Both the position numbers and the translations under genes were made by a program. From positions 1,920,001-1,984,000 of the forward strand of contig OY969706.1 of assembly GCA_963702095.1 (NCBI GenBank): DNA of 64,000 nucleotides. The letters run 5' to 3'. Positions 47,498-57,033 of this stretch are shown piece by piece (the stretch's first letter is position 1; each line of letters begins with the position of its first letter). Source of the DNA: Candidatus Bathyarchaeota archaeon. Its GTDB lineage: Archaea; Thermoproteota; Bathyarchaeia; Bathyarchaeales; Bathycorpusculaceae. The notes below the pieces were generated by a model. That model did not search any database. It had not been told where the DNA came from and saw only the letters and a list, made by a program, of their open reading frames with translations.

Positions 47498-47905
47498 TTA
47501 GTGGTTGAGAGAATTATCACAGAATGGCGAGGTTTGCCTTGCAACCCCTGTGATGTTGCCTTCTACTGCTTTGATTAGTAGTTCTGTGTTTACTGGTTTT
47601 GAAAAAGCTATGTCGGCACCACACGCGATTGACGCTATAGTATTTTCCAGTGAAGGATAATCAGTTAAAACTACAGCTATTGTGCTTGGCAGCTGCTTCT
47701 TGGTGAACGTTAGGAGTTCGGTTGCATCGTTGCAGGAAGGACCATAATTGACAATTATGCATGAATAGGCGCTGTTTTGTATCTTCTTTTGGGCTTGCAA
47801 ATGGTCGCCCGCCACCTCAACATTGTAGCCTAATCTGCTAAATAATCTGTCGAAAGCTCCGGAAGTGCGTATGTCCGAATCAACAATCAAGAGTTTTTTA
47901 GCCAT
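47498..47905 (-). CDS. Receiver (REC) domain protein, atypical
   Basis: LLIVDSD, IIVNY (Asn at the phospho-Asp position), VLT, GAD..FSKP. Confidence 0.75.
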   Translation of the reverse strand: MAKKLLIVDSDIRTSGAFDRLFSRLGYNVEVAGDHLQAQKKIQNSAYSCIIVNYGPSCNDATELLTFTKKQLPSTIAVVLTDYPSLENTIASIACGADIAFSKPVNTELLIKAVEGNITGVARQTSPFCDNSLNH

Positions 47906-48051
47906 ACAATCCCCTTTTTGCTGTGAATTACCGTTTGGAAGGTTATAGAACAATGGTTGCTTTGGTACATATTTAGGGGTTTGTTGTAACAGCGTGTAAC
48001 CAACAAAGTCACCAAGCAGCCCTTTTCGCCTCAAAAAAGTGTTTTTTGTTT

Positions 48052-48181
48052 TTTCTAGTTTAAGATGAAGGCAGCGTCGCCCTTACTCATCTTCTTCTGG
48101 CGGGTCATGCAGGCGACTGCATTTTTTGTCCTGCAATTGATAGAGGTTTCTGGCTGGTTGTGGACGTTTCCACAAGCAGAA
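48052..48181 (-). repeat. Dispersed repeat family A, copy 3
   Basis: Reverse complement TTCTGCTTG-N12-CAACCA...GAAGAAGATGAGTAAGGGCGACGCTGCCTTCATCTTAAACTAGAAA. Confidence 0.85.
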
Positions 48182-48513
48182 CAACGGAATGTTGAATAAC
48201 AATTAGATAGCGCTTTTTATTCCTGTTTGAGTAATGAAAACGGTGAGATCTACCAAAACACACGCTTTATTTCTAGAAAAATCCAAAAAAGGGGATGACG
48301 CTGCATTTAGCTGCAGTTACTTCCAGAAGCATATGCCATGATGTTTCTCTTCTTTCTTTGCTTTAACAAACATTTTCAATCCAATCGCAGTCATAGCGGC
48401 TCCGATGCCTGCAAGCACCAGATATTTCTTGTAATGATGCATAAAATCACCCAGAAAACCCAACGGAAAAACATCTAATAAATTTGTGTTGGCACAAAAG
48501 AGAAGAACTCCCA

Positions 48514-48702
48514 CTAAACAGGGGTACCCCCCTCTACTTTTAAACGTTTGATTAGTGCCTCCATGTATTGCCTGTCAAACACCCGGTCTTCAAGTAAAGC
48601 ATTCGCCAACACATGAAGCTTCAAATCGTTTAGCACCGCAGTCTTCCGCAGTTCCTTATGGATGTTCTCGCGGACTTCAACTACAACACGCCTACTCATC
48701 AC
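48514..48702 (-). CDS. Small RHH-like DNA-binding protein
   Basis: RVVVEVRENIHKELRKTAV...L..LANALL. Confidence 0.6.
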   Translation of the reverse strand: MMSRRVVVEVRENIHKELRKTAVLNDLKLHVLANALLEDRVFDRQYMEALIKRLKVEGGTPV

Positions 48703-48707
48703 ATCAC

Positions 48708-50293
48708 CTACGGCTTGGAGGTTTTGTATCGGCTTAAACTGCTGGTTCGGCTACGCAGTACATACACGTAATCCGCTAACAGAGGCTTCTCATGCCCCAA
48801 CTCCAAAGTCGCCTGCATGGTCTGGGTTTTACCGTCAACCCTGTATTCGACGGATTCCACACGGAAATCGCTCTCTACACCTTCGTTGGGTAGGACGACG
48901 TGGATTTTGTCGCCTGCAAGGATGGGGTTGTTGCCGTAGTCGAGCACGGTGGTTTGGAGGCTCAGTGTTTCGGCGGGGTCTTTGAGGTTGGCAAGTAATG
49001 CTTTGGCGTGGGATTCACATTGCAGGTCGCTGGCATACTCTTCGTTGGCATCTACCAGTTCGCGGAGGCCGATGCTGTTTTGGCTTGCCAAATCGTTTTG
49101 GATGCTGCTGTAGCGTCTGCCCCCGAAGTTTAGGCCATCAACCCAGAAGTTGCCTGAACCTACACCCGTAAACCACAACGAGACCTGTACACTGTGGATT
49201 TGGTTCCAGTTGAATTGCCCTGGAATCTGCCATTGATCAGCGCTGTTGGACCCTACTGAGAGCTGTGTCTGGAACCATTTCCCGTCGCCCAAAGTCAATT
49301 CACGGGAGACAAGGTTGCTGTTGACGTCGTGGAGTACGATGGTTGCGTTGCCGTTGAAGCTGGCATCTCGGCTAAGCCAAAGGTTAAGGGTTGGGTATTG
49401 GTCAGCGTCGATTTCTTTGCCGCTGGCTAAGGTGAATCGAGAGCTGGCATAGTAGAGGTTTTGGGCTGCGGTTTTTATGCTGGCGGCGCCTTTGGCATAG
49501 TTGGAGGTGTCTTGGCTGATGCTGCCTGAAACCGCCATCCAAGCGCCGTCGCTGCAGGAGAGGGCTTCGGTCCACCCGTCCTTGTCTAGGGGGACGCTTT
49601 TGTCTTGGGCGCCGTAGATGATGATTCGGTTGCGGACGCGGGTGATGTCTTTGCTGTATTCACACCCTTCGATGCGTTCACTGAGGTCTACCTGGCTGTT
49701 TTTTGTGTTTTTGGGGTAGACTCGAATTTTCCGTCTGGGGCAACCCGATAATCGTAGCCTATTACGCCTGCTTTGTCAGCGCTGCCTGCGATTTCGCGGA
49801 GAATATCCATGACTGGGGTGTCGCTGTAGCTGAGTTTGGTGTAGGTGGTGTCGGTGGATTCTATGAGTTCGGCGCCGCTGCGGCTGTGGCTTAAGCCCAC
49901 GTAGTAGTCGAGGAGGTCTTTGACTATGTCTTCGCCTTTGATGTTTTCGTAGGTTGCGGTGACGACGCGGCGGAAGAGGCGTTCGCCCCAGCAGCGCCCG
50001 CTCACTGTGAGATAGTTTTCTGCTGGGCTGGATTGATACTTGATGTTTTCGACCCGGCAAGTAATCAGCTGGGGACAGCTGGCGCCTCTGCATAGGCTTA
50101 TGCTGCCATCTAAGCCCACGGTGATGGGGTATGAGCCGTTGGGACTGTATTTGCCACTCCAATTCTGCAGCACCACCTCAAAACTGCTGACTTCTTTGGT
50201 GCAGCCCAAATGCAACATCAACTCCACAACGTCACCCTGCGGAGGAGTGACGGAGCCGAAAACGATGGCTACATCGGGGGTGTCAAGGCTCAT
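48708..50293 (-). CDS. Viral tail/baseplate-hub-like protein, frameshift near 49720 (provirus relic)
   Basis: The two ORFs join through FE/YPKNTKNSQVDLSERIEGCEYSKDITRVRNRIIIYG; hub-like N-terminus and AGDKIHV..PNEGV...FRVESVEY C-terminus. Confidence 0.65.
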
Positions 50294-50584
50294 TTATTCG
50301 ACTCCTCTACGGTAGAGTTCGTCTTCGCCTGCCCGGATGATTTTCCGTGTGGCGGTAGCGGTTTGGGCGGTTGTGCTGTTGAAGTTTTGCATGCTGGCGG
50401 TGGCGGTGTTCATGCTGTTAGCGAAGCCATACATGGCGGCGGCTGCGGCGACGATGGCGTCGATGCCTTCTCGGGGGTTTAGGATGATGGTTTTTAAGGT
50501 TTCTGCTTGAAAGTCTTCGGGGCTTCTGTGCCCGCTTTTTATGGTTTTATCGGTTTCTTCCCATGGCATATTACTATACCTCAC
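50294..50584 (-). pseudogene. Chimeric remnant: head-module-like N-terminus fused to tape-measure-like C-terminus
   Basis: MPWEETDKTIKSGHRSPEDF...EGIDAIV switches abruptly to AAAAAMYGFANSMNTATASMQNFN. Confidence 0.5.
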
Positions 50585-50694
50585 ATGTCTGATAGCCAGT
50601 TAATAAGCAAAGAAAGTGAAAAGGCGAATTGTACAACGGGTTGAGCCACGCGGTGAGTCACCGGTGACCATCCTGTTGGGTCATTTACCAGAAA

Positions 50695-50913
50695 ATGGGA
50701 GAAGAGAAATGTATGCCTAGAAAGTGTATAGTTAGAGTTGTGCTTAGCAAGGAGCAAAGAGAGATACTTACCGTGTTGTCTACGCGTTTGGGGACAAGCG
50801 AGAGCGAGGCGATGCGGATGGCGCTTATGGATTACGTGAAAGAATTGAGTTTGATGTCTGAGACGCTGCATCGAAACAGAAACAAGCGCGTGGAGGATCA
50901 AAGCAAGAATTAG
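50695..50913 (+). CDS. RHH (CopG-like) regulator
   Basis: IVRVVLSKEQREIL..LS.RLGTSESEAMRMAL. Confidence 0.75.
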   Translation: MGEEKCMPRKCIVRVVLSKEQREILTVLSTRLGTSESEAMRMALMDYVKELSLMSETLHRNRNKRVEDQSKN

Positions 50914-50923
50914 CTGCAGATTA

Positions 50924-51052
50924 TTTTTAGTGTAGATGAAGGCAGAAGTGCCCTTACTCATCATCTTCTTGCGGGCTTTGCTGGCGACTGCTTTTTTGTA
51001 TCTGCGTCTTGTTTGGGTTGCAGTCTGGTTGAGGCAGATTCCGCAAGCAGTT
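50924..51052 (-). repeat. Dispersed repeat family A, copy 4
   Basis: Reverse complement CTGCTTG-N12-CAACCA...GAAGATGATGAGTAAGGGCACTTCTGCCTTCATCTACACTAAAAA. Confidence 0.85.
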
Positions 51053-51217
51053 CGGTATGCAGCGATTAAGAAGGCTCTGTTGCTCTGCCGACCTATCCCC
51101 TTCCTTATAGGTAGAAAGACAGATTTTCTCTCTTTGTGTGGGTGTGGCGGTTTAGGGGGCACCACAAGACTGCAATTGTGGGCGGTTGCTTTTTGGCTTT
51201 GCAACGTTTTTCTCTGT

Positions 51218-51334
51218 CTGTTTCGGTGTGGGATACACTTTTTTCCCCACATGCGGTGCATGGCTCTATGTTGAAGCAATCAGGATGTGGATGCGAAGCA
51301 TGCACAACCCCCAAAAGAACCCACAATTCCACAG
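51218..51334. repeat. Dispersed repeat family B, copy 2
   Basis: CTGTTTCGGTGTGGGATA...TTTTTCCCCACATGC..TGCAT...ATGTTGAA aligns with 13701-13757. Confidence 0.6.
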
Positions 51335-51413
51335 GCAAAAAATGCATCGTGACCACCAATCTGCATCGAAACAGCTATTAAATTCAAAATTGATTTCTAA
51401 GCAGGTTTGTCTT

Positions 51414-51485
51414 ATGATTTTTGAAGAAGAAGACGATGACTGCTGTTGCGATGAAGATTGCGACTGCGAAGAAGAGGAAGAATAA
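51414..51485 (+). CDS. Acidic Cys-rich micropeptide (23 aa)
   Basis: MIFEEEDDDCCCDEDCDCEEEEE, followed by a pyrimidine/T-rich terminator-like tract. Confidence 0.45.
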   Translation: MIFEEEDDDCCCDEDCDCEEEEE

Positions 51486-51611
51486 GCAAATCCCCTTTCT
51501 TTTTTATAAGTGTGCTCATCATCCGCATACATTGATTTTGAAGTCAATATCGTTCGTAAACGCTTTAAGCCTCCACAGTCTAGTGATGTATTGCTTGATG
51601 AGGCGCAATAA

Positions 51612-52322
51612 ATGCAGGTTAAAAGAGTAGTCCTTATAGCAGCCCTAACAATCGTATTAGCCACCGTCGGCACTGTTGCCGCTGACGAAGCAGGCATAAT
51701 CACGATCAATATATTCAACGATCCAGGCAGCCAACTTAACACCGAAATAGTCAACAGCACAGTTCAGGGACAAACCAACTACACCAACAGCAACGCACAA
51801 CAAAACGTCACCCTAACCAACTCCACCCTAACCATAAACGTCAACGGCCAAAACATCACAATCTCCGCCCAAGGAGACAACCTTACAGTAACAACCCCCA
51901 ATCAAACCCCCCCAAGCAACCAAAACCCAAACAACACACCCCTACTCAGCATAGCCTTTCTCAAATCAGGCCCAAACCAAGAACATTTTCTCTCTGGCAA
52001 CGCCAGCTACCAATATAACTTCAACATCACAGTCGGTGTCCCAACAAGCATGAACTACCCCTACGGAAGAAACGTCACACACGAAGCCCTCTCTAAAGCG
52101 TTAATGCCGCTGGCCGCCAAATACAACTTGGCAACCTACCAAACCGTGGAACCAGGGGACTCTATACAGGTGACGAAAGTTGCGGCGTTAACCACGCAGG
52201 TCGTTGGAGGAGAAAACGTGTTTATCGTATTTAGCAGCAACTACTACTCCTCTGAACAAATACAACAGTTAACAGATGACCTCTACAACGCTTTCAGCGC
52301 AGCGATGAATGGAAACGTGTAA
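51612..52322 (+). CDS. Secreted Asn/Thr-rich hypothetical protein
   Basis: Signal peptide, many glycosylation sequons. Confidence 0.7.
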   Translation: MQVKRVVLIAALTIVLATVGTVAADEAGIITINIFNDPGSQLNTEIVNSTVQGQTNYTNSNAQQNVTLTNSTLTINVNGQNITISAQGDNLTVTTPNQTPPSNQNPNNTPLLSIAFLKSGPNQEHFLSGNASYQYNFNITVGVPTSMNYPYGRNVTHEALSKALMPLAAKYNLATYQTVEPGDSIQVTKVAALTTQVVGGENVFIVFSSNYYSSEQIQQLTDDLYNAFSAAMNGNV

Positions 52323-52726
52323 CCCATTTTTCTATATGATCACCTTTTACCTTCAAGCTACGTAGATTATAACTTCGTTATGTAGATAGTATACTCAAAA
52401 TTAGTCAAGGCATCTTTAGGATTTGTGCTATCAAATCAATCAGACTGCTAATTTTTATGTATAAAATTAGTTTGCTTTTTGTTAAAATATCTTTTTTTTG
52501 CTAGTTTGGTGCATTAAGATAAAAGCATTGCAAAAACTAATTTCCGACGAAAGAATATTTACACGGCACTGTTAAGACATATGACATATTCCAAATTTGA
52601 ATGTATGACAAGCGTGTTATACTACCTTTTATAATACTTAATCTTGCTTGAGCTAATGTGCTTGCAAAAGCGATTAGTTCTAGTTAGAAGGCTGAGAAGT
52701 AAAACCATTGGCGAGATTGTGATAAT

Positions 52727-53764
52727 ATGCAAAAGCGAAATTTCTATCTTACAGCTGTAATGGTTCTCATTGCGCTAATGTTTCTCTCACTTGGCGTTCC
52801 ATTGGCAAGTGCGTATAAAGCCTCTGCTAACTGGGGCTCCTACTACTTACAAGATGCTAATGAAATCGCAGATGAATACGAAGTATGTCAATCCATATAC
52901 AATTACATGGATGGTGCCTACAACTGGGATGCCGTGAACTTTTGTGGTAGTTCAACAACAGCGTCAAACGTTTACCAAACAAATATCAATGTAAGAGACA
53001 GTGGCACTTGCAGTTATTTGGCCACCTTTCATGTAGGTAATTGGTTCTGTTCAGGCATTGAAGGAGGCTATTGGGATTTTGTTTACTATGGCGAATGGCC
53101 CATATGGGAATGGATATCTCTAGGCTATACCACACACTATAATTATTACTCTTATGATGGAACTGGAGCGCAGATTGCGGAGTACTTAATACCATACTGC
53201 TCAAAAACCCACTTTACATTCATATATACCTGCATGAACGGCGGTTTGTATTGGAACGAGGAAAACGGTCAAATAGTTGAGGGCCCAGTCGATGCTGGAA
53301 ACCAGTATTCCCAGTACCCTAATGACAATGAGTTGTACGCATACTTGGACACTGAGAAAGGAACTGGTAGAGTGGGAATGCCGTATGCATGGTTAGGAAC
53401 AACATCAAGGAGTACCGACGGCTACAATGATCCCGACGGATCTGGTTACTGCTATATTGGCTTTCAAGGCAGAGACCCAGATTTGCACCAAGTCTGGGAA
53501 CAGGGAAGCTTTGACGGTACTTTTAGATACAAGCATTGGGTACAATACTTTTATTATCGTCTCTCTAGTGGCGATACAATAAAAGAAGCCCTTGATTGGG
53601 CCACCAACCAAATGGGCGGGGATTATGACTATTTTGACGATTCTCTATTCTATAAGGGCTATAACTTTGGTTATGATACACGACCTGGTTCACCCACATA
53701 CCATGAATGGGTGCTCCTTCGTCAGATGCGAGTTTTCGGCGATGGAAATATATATCTAGTCTGA
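52727..53764 (+). CDS. Secreted hypothetical protein (Tyr/Gly/Trp-rich)
   Basis: Signal peptide; FHVG, FIYTC, YCYIGFQG, GDTIKEALDWA, MRVFGDG. Confidence 0.75.
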   Translation: MQKRNFYLTAVMVLIALMFLSLGVPLASAYKASANWGSYYLQDANEIADEYEVCQSIYNYMDGAYNWDAVNFCGSSTTASNVYQTNINVRDSGTCSYLATFHVGNWFCSGIEGGYWDFVYYGEWPIWEWISLGYTTHYNYYSYDGTGAQIAEYLIPYCSKTHFTFIYTCMNGGLYWNEENGQIVEGPVDAGNQYSQYPNDNELYAYLDTEKGTGRVGMPYAWLGTTSRSTDGYNDPDGSGYCYIGFQGRDPDLHQVWEQGSFDGTFRYKHWVQYFYYRLSSGDTIKEALDWATNQMGGDYDYFDDSLFYKGYNFGYDTRPGSPTYHEWVLLRQMRVFGDGNIYLV

Positions 53765-53777
53765 AGGGTGAAATAAA

Positions 53778-55011
53778 TATGAAAGTGTTAACTTCAAAAA
53801 ATTTTTGGAAATATGCCATTATCCTTATGTTAGTTGCACCTCTTTCTATGAATTGTTTTGCCATCGCTGAAAATAACTCCTCGACAGAACAACCTTTTGT
53901 TTCAGTGTTAGATTCACCGAATTCGCTTCAACTTGAACATAGAGCCCAAGTAAGTTCTTCAATGAGTAACCTATTTGGTCTTGACATGTCAAAATATAAT
54001 GTTACCTTAACAAAACATAACTTAGAGACTAATGGGCCAAATAAGGGGAGAACAGGCGCAGAGAATCTTAAGTATAATCTCTCGACGAGCGGTGGCAACT
54101 TTATTACCATTTCCGCCGATATTTCAGGAGACTCAGTCTATTACCTGTTATCATATTTTGGTAACGATTCAATTCATTATTCACAGGCTTTGCCACAGTC
54201 GCTTTCGGATAAAGCTTCCGCTATTCTTAACCGCTACCAAACGCTCAAGAGCGGGGCATCGTATATCGAGCCAATGCTTGAAGTTGCTAATCATAACTCA
54301 CTAGACCAGTTAGTAACTACAGCAAAAAGTAATAAAAATGGTACTGCCTCAATAGTTGAGAATAACCTGAAAATGGAGATAACATCTAATGACTATCATA
54401 CAGCAGTCTATTTTAAGCCGAGTTTTGAGGGTTTTGATTACCCGAATGTCTTATCGATGAGATTTGACAACCGATTAAATGTAATTGATGGTTTTTCTGA
54501 TAGATGGACTACATATAAGATAGGCGATACTCACGTTAAGATTTCTATGGATGAAGCTGTAGATTTAGCTTGGAAAGCAGCCAACAACATTTCAACTGTA
54601 ACCATTTTTGGTGTTGGAGACGTCTACATTCACTTGATCAAAGACCCGTTGGTCTCCATATCGGGTGCTGTTAGGGATAATATGACGGCTTATCCGCTGT
54701 ATTGGATTCGGATTCCCACTGACAAAGTATACTATACTATCGATCAGGTTCAAGTTGGCGTTTGGGCAGATACAGGCGAAATTGCTTACTGTCAAGCGAC
54801 CGGTTTTGAGGGGCAGCCTGAACCTAACGGTGAAGTTGCACCATCAAGCTCAGTTGCGGCTTCGGCCACTCCAGCTACGTCTGAGGTAACAGATGCAAAT
54901 GCTGCTTCAAACAATACAGCTCTCATCATAGCCGCGGTAACTTGTGGTTTTATTGCCGTAGCTGCTGTTACCTTAGTCGCAGTAAAAAAGAGAAATCATC
55001 GAGGTCGTTAA
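53778..55011 (+). CDS. Cell-surface protein with C-terminal TM anchor
   Basis: Probable start MKVLTSKNFW after a GGGTGA RBS; ISMDEAVDLA PepSY-like motif; C-terminal TM plus KKR. Confidence 0.75.
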
Positions 55012-55204
55012 ATCAAAGAATACGATGAATTGCTGTTTAATGTGGGTCTGTGCAACGTTTTCTTAGGAGTTCAAGCGGTTTGGCGGCTAAAAGACTAAAG
55101 GATAAGCCTAAAAAAAATCGACGATAGGTTCTTATATTTCAATTAAGTCTCATAGGTGCACTCAACGTATATAAAACGGCAAAACAATGGATTGATGGAC
55201 CAAT

Positions 55205-55513
55205 ATGGTTAGAAAAGCACGAATACGCCTCACAAGCACCGATTACGCGAAACTAGAAGAGGTTTGCGGAGAACTACGAAGCATCGCTTCCAAGACAGGG
55301 GTCAAAATGAACGGCCCAGTCCCGCTGCCGACCAAACGCCTACGTGTTCCAGTCCTCAAAGGCCCATCAGGCGAAGGAACCGCGACATGGGACCGATGGG
55401 AAATGCGCATCCACAAACGCCTCATCGACATCGATTCTGAAGAACGTGTCATGCGTCGTATCATGCGTATCCGCGTTCCCGAAGAAGTACACGTAACAAT
55501 CGAGCTTATCTAA
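55205..55513 (+). CDS. rpsJ: 30S ribosomal protein S10 (uS10)
   Basis: [37 protein letters not shown] (archaeal type). Confidence 0.97.
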   Translation: MVRKARIRLTSTDYAKLEEVCGELRSIASKTGVKMNGPVPLPTKRLRVPVLKGPSGEGTATWDRWEMRIHKRLIDIDSEERVMRRIMRIRVPEEVHVTIELI

Positions 55514-55624
55514 AGCTTAAACTTTTTAATTTTTAGTTCTTCTTTAATTAGCATAGGCCCTAAATCTGTCTCGGCTTAAGCTAACCCATTTGCAGCAGAT
55601 CAGTAGAACAAAAAGTTTCTTACG

Positions 55625-55757
55625 GGCGGCTTGTGGTTTATTGCACAACCAGCCTACAACCCGAAGCTGACGCTGATACCAAACTACAATGCGGCAGGCG
55701 GTCTGCGGGTTGTTGTTGTGTATAGGCGGTTTCTGCCAACAACACACTGTAGAAAAA
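55625..55757 (+). repeat. Dispersed repeat family A, divergent copy 5
   Basis: GCTTG-N12-CAACCA...GTTGTTGTTGTGTATAGGCGGTTTCTGCCAACAAC...TAGAAA with the same spacing as the other copies. Confidence 0.7.
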
Positions 55758-55864
55758 ACAAACACCCGCACAATAGTAACATAGGGAATCGGTAAGTTAG
55801 ATGTCAACTTCTTGGCTTTGCAAACACCTTAAATCCTGCCGCCGTAACCTCAAACGTTTAAGAG

Positions 55865-56053
55865 GTGAATGGAATGAAGGAGTGGCGATGCATCTTAGTC
55901 ACCCATCACGACGAAGTAGCCAAGGTGGTTGCGGAGTGGGAAGCACAGGGTTGGCGATTACACACTTACAACACTGCGGGCATGGGCGGCGCATGGAACT
56001 ACACCGTTAACCATTACCTGCTTTTTGTAAGGGGGAATAATCCCCCGTTTTAA
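55865..56053 (+). CDS. DUF4177-like small protein
   Basis: EWRCILV...EWEAQGWRLH...YLLFVR. Confidence 0.6.
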   Translation: MNGMKEWRCILVTHHDEVAKVVAEWEAQGWRLHTYNTAGMGGAWNYTVNHYLLFVRGNNPPF

Positions 56054-56877
56054 CCGAATATAATGAATGGGAATACTGCGATAACTACTATAACGAGGAC
56101 AATGCTTATGATGAATGCGCCTGCCCAGATTTTCTTGTTTAGAACGAATAACTTGTAGCCATCTAATATTCCGAATGGAATTAGGTTGAATATCGCCATG
56201 AATGCGTTAATGTATGCTAGGAATGCTACTGCAAGATAAAATGGGATACTCATTGGTATTATGGCTAAGGACAGAAATGTCAACGTGAGAATCATATTAG
56301 TTATCACTCCAGCGATGGAGATTTTTATCATGTCTTTGGCGTTTGTGGGTTGACCGCCGATCATCATAGCTCCTGGAGAAATCATCTTGAATGGTAGAAA
56401 TACTGAGATTAGAGTTAAGACTGCGCCCCATGTTGTAAGACGGAATTCAGCCCATAATCCTGCTTTTTGAGCTGTCACTTTGTGTGCTATTTCATGAACC
56501 AAAAATGACACTGTCATCAACCCTGCAAAAAGCGACATTGCTATTATGTCCCAGTAAGCTTGATTGAATAAATATAGATACATAGAGTAGCCGATGCCTA
56601 TGACGAGCAAAGCTGCAATGCCTATATGCTTGATTTCTTTTGGACTCGAGGTAATATAACGCTTTTTCTTATAGGGATCGTGGCCATACACATAGGTATA
56701 ATTGTAAGAACCATCGCCTTGCCGCGTCATCACGCGCTGCTGGGTTTGTGCACGGGCGTTGCTGATTCTGGGGCACTGGTGGTTTTCGGGTAGACGGTGT
56801 GCACTACAGAATTGTCCACCGCAGAAGGGGCAACGGAACGGCATCATGGTTTCTGTATTGCATACTTGACACTGCAT
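56050..56877 (-). CDS. AN1-type zinc finger fused to M50 (site-2) metallopeptidase
   Basis: CQVC...PFRCPFCGGQFCSAHRLPENHQC; HEIAH; FNLIPFGILDG. Confidence 0.88.
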   Translation of the reverse strand: MQCQVCNTETMMPFRCPFCGGQFCSAHRLPENHQCPRISNARAQTQQRVMTRQGDGSYNYTYVYGHDPYKKKRYITSSPKEIKHIGIAALLVIGIGYSMYLYLFNQAYWDIIAMSLFAGLMTVSFLVHEIAHKVTAQKAGLWAEFRLTTWGAVLTLISVFLPFKMISPGAMMIGGQPTNAKDMIKISIAGVITNMILTLTFLSLAIIPMSIPFYLAVAFLAYINAFMAIFNLIPFGILDGYKLFVLNKKIWAGAFIISIVLVIVVIAVFPFIIFG

Positions 56878-57033
56878 GGGGAATGGCGCCTTTTTTAGAG
56901 TTAATGTAGTTGCTTTCTTATATTTTTACGCCAAAAATAACCCAAAAGTTTCCTGAACTCCAAGTTGCATAAATGCTTTAAACAAGTAGACTATAACAAC
57001 AGGCTAAAAGGCGTTTGATGGAGAATCGCTGAG

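Noticed and set aside
50581-51760. Long overlapping ORFs (50581-51279, 51266-51760 and others) and the many antisense ORFs inside core genes
   Set aside because: They span repeat DNA or shadow well-supported genes and have no recognisable protein features
19154-55757. Family A repeats as DGR template/variable repeats
   Set aside because: Differences are not restricted to adenines, the copies are intergenic, and there is no RT in the window
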